From Octopus bimaculoides (taxonomy: Eukaryota), in contig NC_068984.1 of NCBI RefSeq assembly GCF_001194135.2, positions 72,861,533-72,925,532 on the forward strand: a DNA stretch of 64,000 nucleotides. The letters are read 5' to 3'. Under the pieces are notes generated by a model. It was not told where the DNA came from and searched no databases. It worked only from the letters and a program-made list of their open reading frames with translations. Position numbers and translations under genes: made by a program. Shown in pieces: positions 39,141 through 52,050 of the stretch; position 1 is the stretch's first letter, and every line of letters starts with the position of its first letter.

Positions 39141-40145
39141 CCATAACCCAGGGATAACTACAAGAAAAACATCCCTCAGCATAAACACCAAAAGCAGCAA
39201 CACAAAAATAAAACCTGCAACCAAATCCAAAATAGAGTATCATTATAGTATTTACCCTTTCTTTACAACATAAATTCATGTACTCATGCAGTCAACGCCA
39301 TTACTGTCTGCGACTCCGACACTTCAGATGCTGAGGTATCATCGTGAGACAAGGATGAGGTAAATGACACGTCAAAAAAGATTACTGTGGGAAGGAAATT
39401 AGAAAGTTATATCCGATCCAAGCGATTCACAGATGTTACGGCGCTCATATTACGATATATCATCGGTAACTTGCAAGCTAAAGTAAATTGGATAGTCGTA
39501 TACTAACTTTCGTGTAGTAGTGTAAAAGTTCAGTTCTGTTTCAGCTAATATGCATCTTATAATTTATACGCTGTTAGCATCTAAGAATGTTTGCGAAATT
39601 CCATATTTTTGTGACAGATGATGTCAAAACCCGAAATATATAAATTCAAGTTAACTGACTGCATATGACTTTGCAAAAAGCCTCCTGTGTATCTTCCCCA
39701 CTTAAGTATTTGACCATACACCTATCGCTTATCTCACTCATAAATACTGAAGCGTGAATGCTTACATCTCACAGTTACAGACAATCTGAAGTAGATAAAT
39801 ACAAAAACTAACGTGATCTGCCATAAATATATTCTCATTAAATTATATCGCATGAAACTAATGGTTTCAACTCAACTCTGTCTGTTACGTATTAATGTTA
39901 GTTTAATCTATCTTGATTTTCATCATCGTTGAATAAAGCTCAAATGCCGTAATCCACTAGAGATGAACTACGCATAAAAAGTCTTTTACAAACTGAAATA
40001 ATGTAACAACACACACAGATCAAAGAAAGAATCACTTTTCTGGGTTCTCCAGATTGTCTTTATGGCATGTTTCGTTCCAACACACCAATATACATAAAAT
40101 AATAAGATTAGCTCACATATAACAATTATACATATATAACTCTTT

Positions 40146-40191
<46 letters not shown>

Positions 40192-40678
40192 GTATGTGTG
40201 TGTGTGTGTATGTGTGTGTGTGTGTGTATACATATATGTATATATNNNNNNNNNNNNNNNNNNNNNNNNNNNNNNNNNNNNNNNNNNNNNNNNNNNNNNN
40301 NNNNNNNNNNNNNNNNNNNNNNNNNNNNNNNNNNNNNNNNNNNNNNNNNNNNNNNNNNNNNNNNNNNNNNNNNNNNNNNNNNNNNNNNNNNNNNNNNNNN
40401 NNNNNNNNNNNNNNNNNNNNNNNNNNNNNNNNNNNNNNNNNNNNNNNNNNNNNNNNNNNNNNNNNNNNNNNNNNNNNNNNNNNNNNNNNNNNNNNNNNNN
40501 NNNNNNNNNNNNNNNNNNNNNNNNNNNNNNNNNNNNNNNNNNNNNNNNNNNNNNNNNNNNNNNNNNNNNNNNNNNNNNNNNNNNNNNNNNNNNNNNNNNN
40601 NNNNNNNNNNNNNNNNNNNNNNNNNNNNNNNNNNNNNNNNNNNNNNNNNNNNNNNNNNNNNNNNNNNNNNNNNNNNNN

Positions 40679-40716
<38 letters not shown>

Positions 40717-42199
40717 CCTCTCTCTCTCTCTTCCTCTCTCTATTTGTCTCTGTATATACATACATACAAATATATGTGTGTGTGTGTATGTGTTTGAGTC
40801 ATGTTATGAACAAACTAATACAGAGATTGACTGACTCATTATACTACAATTATACTATCTCAATCTCAAATATCAACATTTTTGTAATGCACAAGTAATA
40901 ACTACTAGAGACCCAACAGCACCCGATTTAATAGTAACATTGAATATTGAATTAAAAAAATTATATATCACAATACGTGTACCATGTAGCAACTAACGTA
41001 ATGAATACGATATTAAAAAAGTATGTGTCTTAGAGCAAAAGCTCCTTAATTTCGAAGAAAAATAATGTTTGATTCTATGTAGCAAAGAAGGTATTCGGCA
41101 TTCGGGCTTTTCTTACTTCAGTCTGACTTTTGCATTGTCTATTACATTAGAAAACTCCCTGAAGCATTTCCTCAAGTATTCTAGTACTATAACCGTTGAT
41201 TGGGCACCACTTTTATAAACGTGTTTTATCTTACATATATGGCTTCGACTTGAAATAAAAAATAAATATATTTTATTTGTTGAGTAGGAATCTATATTGA
41301 TAAACTCGTCACTTATGACTCAATTATACGTATTATCACTATACATAAATACTAACGCAAGCTACATAAACGCCGTAGTGAAAACATATACATCAAGACG
41401 CTTAGATGGACATGTTGAACGTGCATATATGTTTAAGATAAATCAGTTCGTGTTCTTTTTCACCGCAATTACAACAGTTTCATAGTTGTAGAAATAAATT
41501 TCATTAATAGGTTGAAAAAAGTGAACAAAGAGAAAATATTTACTGCATTAGTTTATTCATGTAAATCTAATATTTACAGTACATTTAGAAGTAAAGTAAT
41601 TTATCGTAGAGAGTTACGACATGAAATTTATACTAGCTAATTCTTTCATACTAAACTACTAGAGTTTATACAACAATTCAAATAATTCTTGTTGGATTTA
41701 AATAATACTAATGACACAAAAATAGCCAATATCTCAAAGGTGTGAATGTTGTGGAGATGAGTGACTACCAACAGACACTGATTAATATCCCCCAAATCAG
41801 GGCTTCTATAACTGCTCATACTTGATTTCTAAGAACCGTATTTAGTGAGAGATTTCTCTTTGACGAAAGTTTAGAATTCAAATACGGGCAGTAATTTTAA
41901 CCAATGGGAAACCAAAAATTATACTTGTTTGGGCAACATGACCATTCTGTCATATTACCGCCGTTTACGACTTGCTCACTACAGTACAGTATGTAACTTA
42001 CTAGTTATGCTGGCAAAACTAGATACCAATATCAATTAAAATCCGGCTTGAAATTACGGTCAACGCCATAGAGAAATGTACAGAATGTAAACAACACTAA
42101 ATTCACTCCATGAGTTTGTTTCCACGGAGAACATTTCTTGAAATGCTCTTGTAATTTAATTTTCAATAAAGCTATTTCTTTGTCGTTTGGGCAAGTTTT

Positions 42200-44100
42200 T
42201 CCCTCGTTCATGTTCTATTTTCTTTATTTATTCTGTTTGACTCTTCTCAATGTGGACACTCATTGATCAGCTCTGATACATTTCTTCTTGTTCAGTTGGC
42301 TGTTAAGTATGTGAATGATGAATACTCTTTTTGTATATGTTTATACGTTTGGAAGGGAATTCTTGTGTCATTATAATCATTTTAGTTCTTCCAACCTTTG
42401 CTTTTCGTTCTCATTTGATGTATCGGTCTTTCTGTTTCTTGGTGATGGTTTCTTTACTATATTTACTATTTGCCGAGGTTTATTATGGTGTGTGGTCATC
42501 CCGTTGCGTATCCGTCTTCTCTTCGTATAGTGTTGTGCATTTCTGTGTGTTGGGTTGCGTTGTCATGTCTTCTGTTTGGAATGTGAGGCTGCATATATAG
42601 GTGAAGACCGCTGTTTGCTTTTCGTTGTATGTAGTCCTTAGGAATATTTTGGCTTCTAATTTTAGAACTTGTTAATAATGTACGTGTGTACACGTGCAAA
42701 GGTTCTCATATTCATATTTCTCACACCCATTTTATTTTTCCACAGGTTATGCATTTCTTTTTATCATTATCGTGTGTGTTGGAAAGAATGTTGACTTGTA
42801 ATAAGAATATGACATGCAATTTGGATTTCACTTTGGATGTTACCTGTATGAATCGAGTCTCTCTGTTCGGGGTTAACCTATTTCAGAAGATACTACTTTC
42901 CAGGTACGTATTACATTCCATCTTTCGAATCGAGGGAGCAGTAAACTACTTAAATGATTATTTTTGCTATTGTTGCTGCTGTTGTTGTAACGGTTACTAA
43001 ATAACATAACGGAATGGGAGATGACTAAACTTAATCATTCAATATTTCGTTTCATTGATGAATATTATGAAACTGAACCTTCCTTGAAACGATTTTACCT
43101 TGCAAATCAGAGATGAAAATAAAATATACACTAACCATATTCAGTCAAATTCCACCAATAAAACATAACAGATCTGAGACAACCAAAGGAGAAATAAAGG
43201 AAAAATAAACCAGAATCATATGCGGACTTCTCAATTAACTTGCATGTCTATGCTGTGAACTGAATTCGATTGCGTTACTTATTTTTAAGTGAAGACTTCA
43301 TAATGAGATTCTTGGACCTTTGCTTTCATTTCTAGTTTTGTTATTTGTTCTTTTTTTTATACATTGTGTAGTGTTATGTGAAATCTCATTGCTCTCTACA
43401 TTGATTCAAGACTTTGCCGCTGTGTCCGTACACACTTTTGTTTTCTTGAATAAGATTGTCTTTTCCTAAGTGCTTTCCAATTCTGGAAGGTTGAAATTTG
43501 CTTCATCTCTCTGTAGCTAAAACGACAGTGTATGTAGAAGTTTTATATTCTTATGACTTTATGAAGATGAACATGGGCCTTAGTACTGATTTGGCATAAA
43601 TTCAGTGAATTTTGGTGCTTACATTATCGACGGTCGCAATGTTTGTTTTATGCAGAAATAGTAATCGAATACACTGGTCGTTAATATTACCTCTTTAGTA
43701 GATCTTATTGTGAAACTCATTTATTTCTTATAAGACTGCTGCTTTAAATTCTCATTAAATTCTCATTTATCACATTTGCCTTTTGTTGGTCTCAATCTCT
43801 TTATTTTTCTTATTTTCTATTCTTCTTCAATTTGTATTGTTAATGATGCTGTTGCTCTTGTTCTTAATATTATTGTCCATGTTTTCTTTGCCGCTTTGTG
43901 TACTATAGTTACATCTGTTGTATATATTTCTTATGATTGTTCTTAGTGGTAGTTTTCTAGTTGATGTCATTCTCTGACATTTAGAATACAGTAAAGTCGG
44001 TAAGAGCGACATAGATACCATGCAGTGTTCAGATATTTCCTACGACATTATGTTGTCAAATCCTGCGCTAGGAGCTCGTTTTATTTTGTTCTCTCTAGAA
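42200..44100 (-). mobile_element. Possible very old RTE-like LINE RT / C-terminal remnants
   Basis: Minus strand KRAPSAGFDNIMS*EI..LLYSKCQRM..KLP (KAPG-like), KGKCDK, and HQMRTKSKGWK (GHxMR..RWT-like) in the expected order; very degenerate. Confidence 0.35.
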
Positions 44101-44175
44101 TAATATACAAAATTATTCATTTCGTTTACATTAATTAGCTTATTATCATTGTACATTATAATTACGAATGTTTAA

Positions 44176-44360
44176 GGTGGCTAGATGGCAGAATCGTTAT
44201 CACACCGTGCAAAATTCTTAGCAGTATTTCATCCGTCTTTACATTCTGAGTTCATTTTCCGCCGAGATCGACTTTGCATTTCATCCTTTCGGGTTAGATA
44301 AAATAAGTACCAACTGAGCACTGGGATCAACTGCATCGACGTACCCATTCAGCTAAATTG
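44176..44360 (+). mobile_element. SINE family B
   Basis: atggcagaatcgttatcacaccgtgcaaaattcttagcagtatttc..ttctgagttcattttccgccgagatcgactttgcatttcatcctttcggg. Confidence 0.88.
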
Positions 44361-45708
44361 CTGGCCATAATTACGTATGTTTATATTCCATCAGACCCAA
44401 CTTTACTTTAGGGTTTATAAAACCATGGAGTATGAATTACGAATTAAGCAACAGTTCTTCTTCTCAGAATAATTGCACGTCCTGTAGTTTGAATAATTGA
44501 TTATTACCATTCTCTCTGTAAAACAAAGATGAAAGTTTCTGAAGAATTGTGTGTTAGTTGAGCAAGGTTTACTTTGTTTTCAAGCATATGTCATCGAAGT
44601 TCCGTTCGTTATTTCTCTCTGAAAAATTAATAATGACAACTTAACACTTGTCCCAAAATAAGAGATAGCTACATCTATATTTTAATTTAATGGTCTCATT
44701 AGGGTCTGTCTGAGTCGTAATTGAGGTTGTTAAAACAATATCTGGATAATTTTTGGTTTTTAACAATAAAAACTCTTTTCTCCACTGGATTCCTAGTTAA
44801 TATTTTCCCATATGTCTAATTTAATATTGACTAATTAAATAATTTACAATCAAAAAAGATGTCTAATGTGTGGCAACATGAGTAATAGCTAATCTCAGTA
44901 ATCTCTTCTCTTGAACAGGATTGTTCCTAAATAGTTTATCAGTCGGGGAACTACTCCAGAAGATTGAGCAGAAGCCGTGAAGAACATTTTATATTGAATT
45001 TTTTAGCTTGAGTGGAATTTCGTTAATTTCAAATCATGTAGATCTCTTTTCATGTGACCGAGGTATTTTAAACTCCTGTTGCATTTCTGATATTTTCAAT
45101 GTCTAAGGATTGCTTTAGATCTGTATTAGTATTTCATCAAATGTAATTCTGAAGAACTGAAAAGGTAAACTAACCTTACTGAGCATTATTCATCTTTCTC
45201 CACATAAATTTGTCTTTTATATGCTCAAAAGAAAGGAAATAATTTTATTAAATAGTACTCAAAATATTATAGCATTTTCAATGCATTTAGAGAATATCAC
45301 TAATTAGCGAATACTGTATTTGTAATATTACTCATTGTGCCCCACTTCCATAATTGAATTATTTTCACCATACCATGCAGCTTGTTCCTCAGTAGTCATT
45401 TATGATCAATGTATAGCAATTTACTATTTCAAATACGGCCTGTTCTAGAAGAGAATTAGTGCATTTAATGTAGCACTTGTTCATTTCGTTCATGCTCGTA
45501 CTTATCCTATCTCTAGTCAGCCGAACTTATGATCAAAGGTGTTCCTCTAACATAACTACTATGGCTACCCCGCTTGTTTAATTTTTGTATCAAGAGTAAT
45601 ATTAAATAATGTATCATTTGATTTTATAGGAGAAGGATGGCCGCCTCCTAATGACTGAAATAGGTTAGACAATATATCGTTGGATCTACCTCAGGAATTC
45701 GTTGAAAA

Positions 45709-46191
45709 TATAACAAATGACAGAGACGGGAAATAGAGCGTTCGGAAAACTTTATTGCTCACAATGATTGTTCTGACTCACGCTGCATCGATCCCTTAAG
45801 GGTGGGAAATTGTACAACTGGTCGTTGTTTATTTATCGGTGCAGAGGTGTCTCGTCAGGTGATGTTATAAAGGTATCTTGTTAAATAAACCTTGTTTCAC
45901 TTAGTTTTAATACAGCATGTTGTTAGTTCCAAACGGCTTAAGCCTACAATCACTAACAATAGGCTGTATGCAAACCGAGCGAAACAGGGATTATTTAACG
46001 AGATACCTTTATAACATCACCTGACGAGACACTTCTGCACCGAGGAATTGAGCACAACCAGTTATGTTGTATCCCACTACGAGGTATCCCACCTCCGAGG
46101 GATCGATATCGATAAGGGATGGGTCGAAACGATCGTTGAGAGCAATAAAGTTTCCCGTATATTCCATTTTCCGTCTCTGTCATTTGTTATA
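45709..46191. mobile_element. 483-bp near-complete palindrome with a hammerhead-like motif in each arm (extended stem II)
   Basis: tataacaaatgacagagacgg / ccgtctctgtcatttgttata; cggtgcagaggtgtctcgtcaggtgatgttataaaggtatc / gatacctttataacatcacctgacgagacacttctgcaccg; central loop about 45928-45951. Confidence 0.92.
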
Positions 46192-46389
46192 CATATATAT
46201 ATATATATANNNNNNNNNNNNNNNNNNNNNNNNNNNNNNNNNNNNNNNNNNNNNNNNNNNNNNNNNNNNNNNNNNNNNNNNNNNNNNNNNNNNNNNNNNN
46301 NNNNNNNNNNNNNNNNNNNNNNNNNNNNNNNNNNNNNNNNNNNNNNNNNNNNNNNNNNNNNNNNNNNNNNNNNNNNNNNNNNNNNNNNN

Positions 46390-46420
<31 letters not shown>

Positions 46421-48499
46421 GTGTGTGTGTGCGTGTGTATGCGTGCGTATGTGTCTATGTGTGTATATGTGTATGCATCTGTGTGTGTATTTCAATGCAT
46501 GCCCATGTAGATATTTATTTTCCAATTTCTGCGATCATCTATTTAAATATTTAATTCCATATTTCATCCATAAATCTCATTTGAAAATGTAAAATGCTAT
46601 TTCATGTAATTCCATTGGAAAGTATGAATTCTTTTATTAGATGTGTTTCATTTTTAATGCTAAAGAAAAAGTGCTACAGGATATGAAGAAGGATGTGTGT
46701 GTAAATTAGAAATTAGCAGTCTCTAATATATGAATAATTAATTGTCTTTCTTCATAAATATTGAATACCTGACTAAAATGTAACTATACCTCACCATTTC
46801 GTTGATCTAGCAAACAATGTACCACAAAACCAATAAAATTTCGCTCTCTAATTTTAACCAGAGAGCCGTTAGAAAGCCGAATATAAAGAACTTGTTTTAA
46901 TGCTTTCAGTTAAAAGTCATACTTTATGACGAATGTCATCAGAAAGAAAAAAGAAAAAAAACATGACTTTAGAATTATGTGTGATAGACATACCTTATCA
47001 ACAATATGAACGAATTTAGAAACTATTTCCAATAACCCGATAAAACCAATCTCTCTTACTCAAGACAACGAAAACGGAATAAATGTACAAATTTCGGTAG
47101 CCTGTTTAAAACAAATCGATTCGTTTTACTAAGCAGCAGCAAAACACGGACAATAGCAGCTGCAAGAACAAGTGGTGAAACTCACCGCCTTTGACGTTTT
47201 GACACTCATACACACAAGGACACATATAACACATGAATACACACATACACAATTACACACAAACACACGCACACACGGATACATACGCTCACATACAAAA
47301 ACACACAGAAACACACAGACAAACACAAATTGTAAATGTATGTGTGAATTTGTGTCTTATGAGTTACGTTAGCACAACATATACCATATATATTAGAACT
47401 TGATATATTACATCAAGTAAATCTCAGATAATAATAATATTTACCTGTTTAATGCACATCCATGCTGTGTTGCACATACTGCAGATTAGTCTGTAATGCA
47501 TGGACAGAACAATATACTATATCAGCGATGCTTCAAAATAAACATTTCTACAGCCATTTCATTAACCCCTATGTAACTCTTTCTAATTACGGAGTATTAG
47601 ATTTCTATCATCAAAGATTTTTCAACTATGACAATTCAAGAAATACAAGATCCTTTATAAAAACATAGTAGTATATAAGATTTATCTGAACTATTTACAC
47701 GGATGACTGTTCTTTAATATCATCCTCATATACATTTACATATACATATATCACACACACACACACACACACACTCATACACACACGTATACACACACAC
47801 ACACGCACACACACACGCACGCACACACACTACAAAGAAATAGACAGGCACAGACATATACAAGGGGTCGAATTTATTCTGTCATACTTGAATGAAAAGA
47901 AAACCTGCTTTTACGATATATATTTCGTATAGTTTCTTTATTATCACGTAATGATTTATGATACAAAATATTGTTTGATATTATCAGCCTGGAGAAAAAT
48001 TCGATTTAAGATTTCGGTCCATCTCAAGGCTCAAACGTTTGCTGAAGGTCATTATATAACTTTTCATGAACATCGAATGGGAAAACGAAAATCTAATGTT
48101 AAATATAAATTTAAAACCTCCTCCAATCTCACATCTAAGGGAGAAACATTATAAATATTAATATTAATATGTGGTATATGGTCCTATAATTAAGATCACG
48201 GAGATCCTTCATTTTTGCCGTAATAATTGTTGGGGGATTTCCTTGCTTAGTTTGAAGTTAGTCCTAATGTAGGGCCTTTTTGCACCTCGATAATCTCATA
48301 TACCGTTCAAAGGTATATGGAGAATAATAACAACCAAAGTATCCACAGACAAATTCTAAATCAGCACAGTAACCTGGGAAGTGTATTATTGCATTGTCAC
48401 TTTATTTTTACAATAATATTGCAGTGAATTTTATAAAGCTGTGCTATCTTCTTACAGCAGAGTCAACTGAGTAAATTGTAAAATCACTATTCATTTCAA

Positions 48500-49317
48500 A
48501 TATAGAGAACTACAGACAACGCATCTATATGTACATGTGTGGGAAATTCTGTCTGTGGGTGTGTTTGTGGAGTTGTTAACTAACTCCTACTACTTCGTTT
48601 ATCGATTTTGATGAGACTTGACACGTAAGTAGAACTCATGTCTCTAAACTTCATGATTGCTGAAAAAAATCGATAATAGGGCCTCTGTAAAGGAGCTTTA
48701 TATATATATCTAATATATTTTATTTTGAAAGCCAAGGGAAATAACCCATTCACCCCGGAAGGGATGCTTATATATAGCCAAGGGAAATAACCCATTCATC
48801 TTCCTAAATTATTTGGTAAAAATACAAATTAAATATGCTTATTGTTTAGTATTTGAACTGTTACTGTTATTTTCGCGATTTATGCACTACAACCCCTAAA
48901 CAAGCCAATAGCATTTTTCTAAACAATAGATCCACTTATTTCGGTTAGTGACTTATTCATGAATACACCAAACTAGCGTCGCTGAAAGCAATATTCTCTG
49001 GGAACGCGTAAAAGTCCTTTTCAGAGTTATTTATTTGAATTGTTTTTATCTCATATCTGATTAGCCTGTTATTACGTAACATGCTTCACGATTTTAGTAT
49101 ACATACCTTATCAATATTTCTTCCTATGTTCTATATACTCTGCGAACGCATTAAAGCCCTTTTCAGGGATACTTAATTTGAATTCTTAAATCAGGTAACT
49201 AATTTAATTGTTATTACATAACTGATTTAACAATTTGGGTATTCAAATCTTATTGGGAATTCCTAAAAACAAGATCCTGTGTAAGACAGTTCGGTGTTCT
49301 CTGTAAATGCACAAAAG
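48500..49317 (+). repeat. About 800-bp inverted repeat, left arm (unclassified non-autonomous element)
   Basis: Reverse complement of 50541-51303, e.g. tatagagaactacagacaacgca / tgcgttgtctgtagttctctctata and ttctctgtaaatgcacaaaa / ttttgtgcatttacagagaa. Confidence 0.9.
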
Positions 49318-49833
49318 CGGTTTTAAGGGTTACATACTTTGTTGTTAATGGATTAATGAATCAATTATGAGAACGTAACCAAGGGATGTGCCCCACTTTC
49401 CTGGGAATTACCTGATACGTCAGCTAGTCTGTCATATAGAGCTAATACTTATTAACAGTTTGCATAATATCGAGTGATAAATAATAGAAGTAAACATAGC
49501 TGACATGTTGAAATTACAATAAGTTATCTTAGACTAGACTCTATAGAATATTTATTCAACCAAATGTTTCTCTGCTACCAAACCAATTGAACAAGTAGTA
49601 TCTAGTTATCTAAAGCTATCGCAAAGCAGTTATATGAAAGTAAATAAACATACATACTCACGCGCAAACACACACTCACGAACACACACGCACACTCACA
49701 TTCATACTCACACATATACGTATGTCCGCATTTGTGTTGGGAAACACAAATTTATACATATAATTTAATTATCAGGATCCAAAATAATGTATACTAAAAG
49801 CACACATCAGTATGTTCAACTTATTTATTTACT

Positions 49834-50233
49834 GTGGCTGTGTGGCAAGTAGTTTGCTTACCAACCACATGGTACCAGGTTCAGTCCCACTGCTGGCACC
49901 TTGTACAAGTGTCTTCTACTATAGCCTCGGGCCGACCAAACCCTTGTGAGTGAATTTGGCAGACGGAAACTGAAAGAAGCGTGTCGTATGTATGTATATG
50001 TATATATATGTGTGTGTGTGTATGTTTGTGTGTCTGTGTTTGTCCACCCAACACAGCTTGACAACCGATGGTGGTGTGTTTACGTCCCCGTAACTTAGCG
50101 GTTCGGCCAAAGAGACCGATAGAATAGGTACTAGGGTTATAAAGAATAAGTCCTGGGGTCGATTTGCTCGACTAAAGGCGGTGCTCCAGCATGGCCACAG
50201 TCAAATGACTGAAACAAGTAAATGAGTAAGAGA

Positions 50234-50234
<1 letters not shown>
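49834..50234 (+). mobile_element. SINE family A, full length
   Basis: gtggctgtgtggcaagtagtttgcttaccaaccacatggtaccaggttcagtccc..tail ctaaaggcggtgctccagcatggcc..gaaacaagtaa. Confidence 0.94.
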
Positions 50235-50275
<41 letters not shown>

Positions 50276-50540
50276 NNNNNNNNNNNNNNNNNNNNNNNNN
50301 NNNNNNNNNNNNNNNNNNNNNNNNNNNNNNNNNNNNNNNNNNNNNNNNNNNNNNNNNNNNNNNNNNNNNNNNNNNNNNNNNNNNNNNNNNNNNNNNNNNN
50401 NNNNNNNNNNNNNNNNNNNNNNNNNNNNNNNNNNNNNNNNNNNNNNNNNNNNNNNNNNNNNNNNNNNNNNNNNNNNNNNNNNNNNNNNNNNNNNNNNNNN
50501 NNNNNNNNNNNNNNNNNNNNNNNNNNNNNNNNNNNNNNNN

Positions 50541-51303
50541 GTTTTTGTGCATTTACAGAGAACAGCGAACTGCCTTACACGGGATCTTCGTTTTAGGAAT
50601 TCCCATTAAATTTTGAATACCCAAATTGTGAAATCAGTTATGTAATAACAATGAAATTAGTTACCTGATATTAAGAATTCAAATAAAGTAGCCCTGAAAA
50701 GGGCTTTAATGCGTTCGCAGAGTATATAGAACATAGGAAGAAATATTAATAAGGTATGTATACTAAAATCGTGAAGCATGTTACGTAATAACAGACTAAT
50801 CAGATATTGAGATAATAACAATTCATAGTAAGTAACTCTGAAAAAGACTTTTGTGCGTTCCCAGAGAATATAACCCCACGGCGCTAGTGTTGGTATATTC
50901 GTGAATAAGTCATTAACCGAAATAAATGGATATATTCTTTAGGAAAATACTATTGATTAATGGTTGTACGGGATAAATTACGAAAATAACTCTAATATTT
51001 CAAATACTAAGAAATAAGTATACTCAATTTGATTTATAAGAAATGATTTAGGGAAATGAATGGGTTATGTCCCTTGGATGTTAAAATGAAATATATTAGA
51101 TATATATAAGCATCCATTCCTGGCCCCTCTTATCGACTTTTTCAAGAATGTGAGTATGCCATCAGGTATCCAGACATAAGTTTTACCCACGTGTCAAGTT
51201 TCATCAAAATCGATAAAACTATGTAGGAGGAGATAGTTAACAACTCCACAAACGCGCCCACAGACAGAATTTCTCACACATGCGTTGTCTGTAGTTCTCT
51301 CTA
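50541..51303 (-). repeat. About 800-bp inverted repeat, right arm
   Basis: Reverse complement of 48500-49317; inner end abuts the gap. Confidence 0.9.
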
Positions 51304-51317
51304 TATATTCTTCCTAC

Positions 51318-51433
<116 letters not shown>

Positions 51434-51576
51434 GCACACAAACACACCAACATATATACACACATATAAACATACAAACAGATATACACACATATATAAA
51501 TGCTTTCGCATATTTGCTTTGTAAATTGGAATATCTCTATATACATATAATTCTATGTATGTTCGATTATATAGTA

Positions 51577-51973
51577 GGAGTGACTCTGTGGTAAGTAGCT
51601 TGCTTACCAGCCACATGGTTCCGGGTTCAGTCCCACTGCGTGGCACCTTGTGCAAGTGTCTTCTACTATAGCCTTGGGCCGACCAAATCCTTGTCAGTGG
51701 ATTTGGTAGACGGAAACTGAAAGAAGCCCGTCGTATATATGTATATGTATATATATATGTGTTTGTTTGTCTGTGTTTGTCCCCCCACCAACATCTCTTG
51801 ACAACCGATGGTGGTATGTTTACGTCACCCTAACCTAGCGGTTCGGCATAAGACACCGATAGAATAAGTACTAGACTTACAAAAATAAGTCCTGGGGTCG
51901 ATTTGCTCGACTAAAGGTGGTGCACCAGTATGGCCGCAGTCAAATGACTGAAACAAGTAATAGAGTAAAAGAG
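51577..51973 (+). mobile_element. SINE family A, full length
   Basis: A-box-like tgtggtaagtag, B-box-like gggttcagtccc, same body and tail as 17204 and 49834. Confidence 0.94.

Positions 51974-52050
<77 letters not shown>

Noticed and set aside
44900-45200. KYLGHM RT-like motif on the minus strand
   Set aside because: A single short motif, out of order relative to the 42200-44100 remnants; insufficient support
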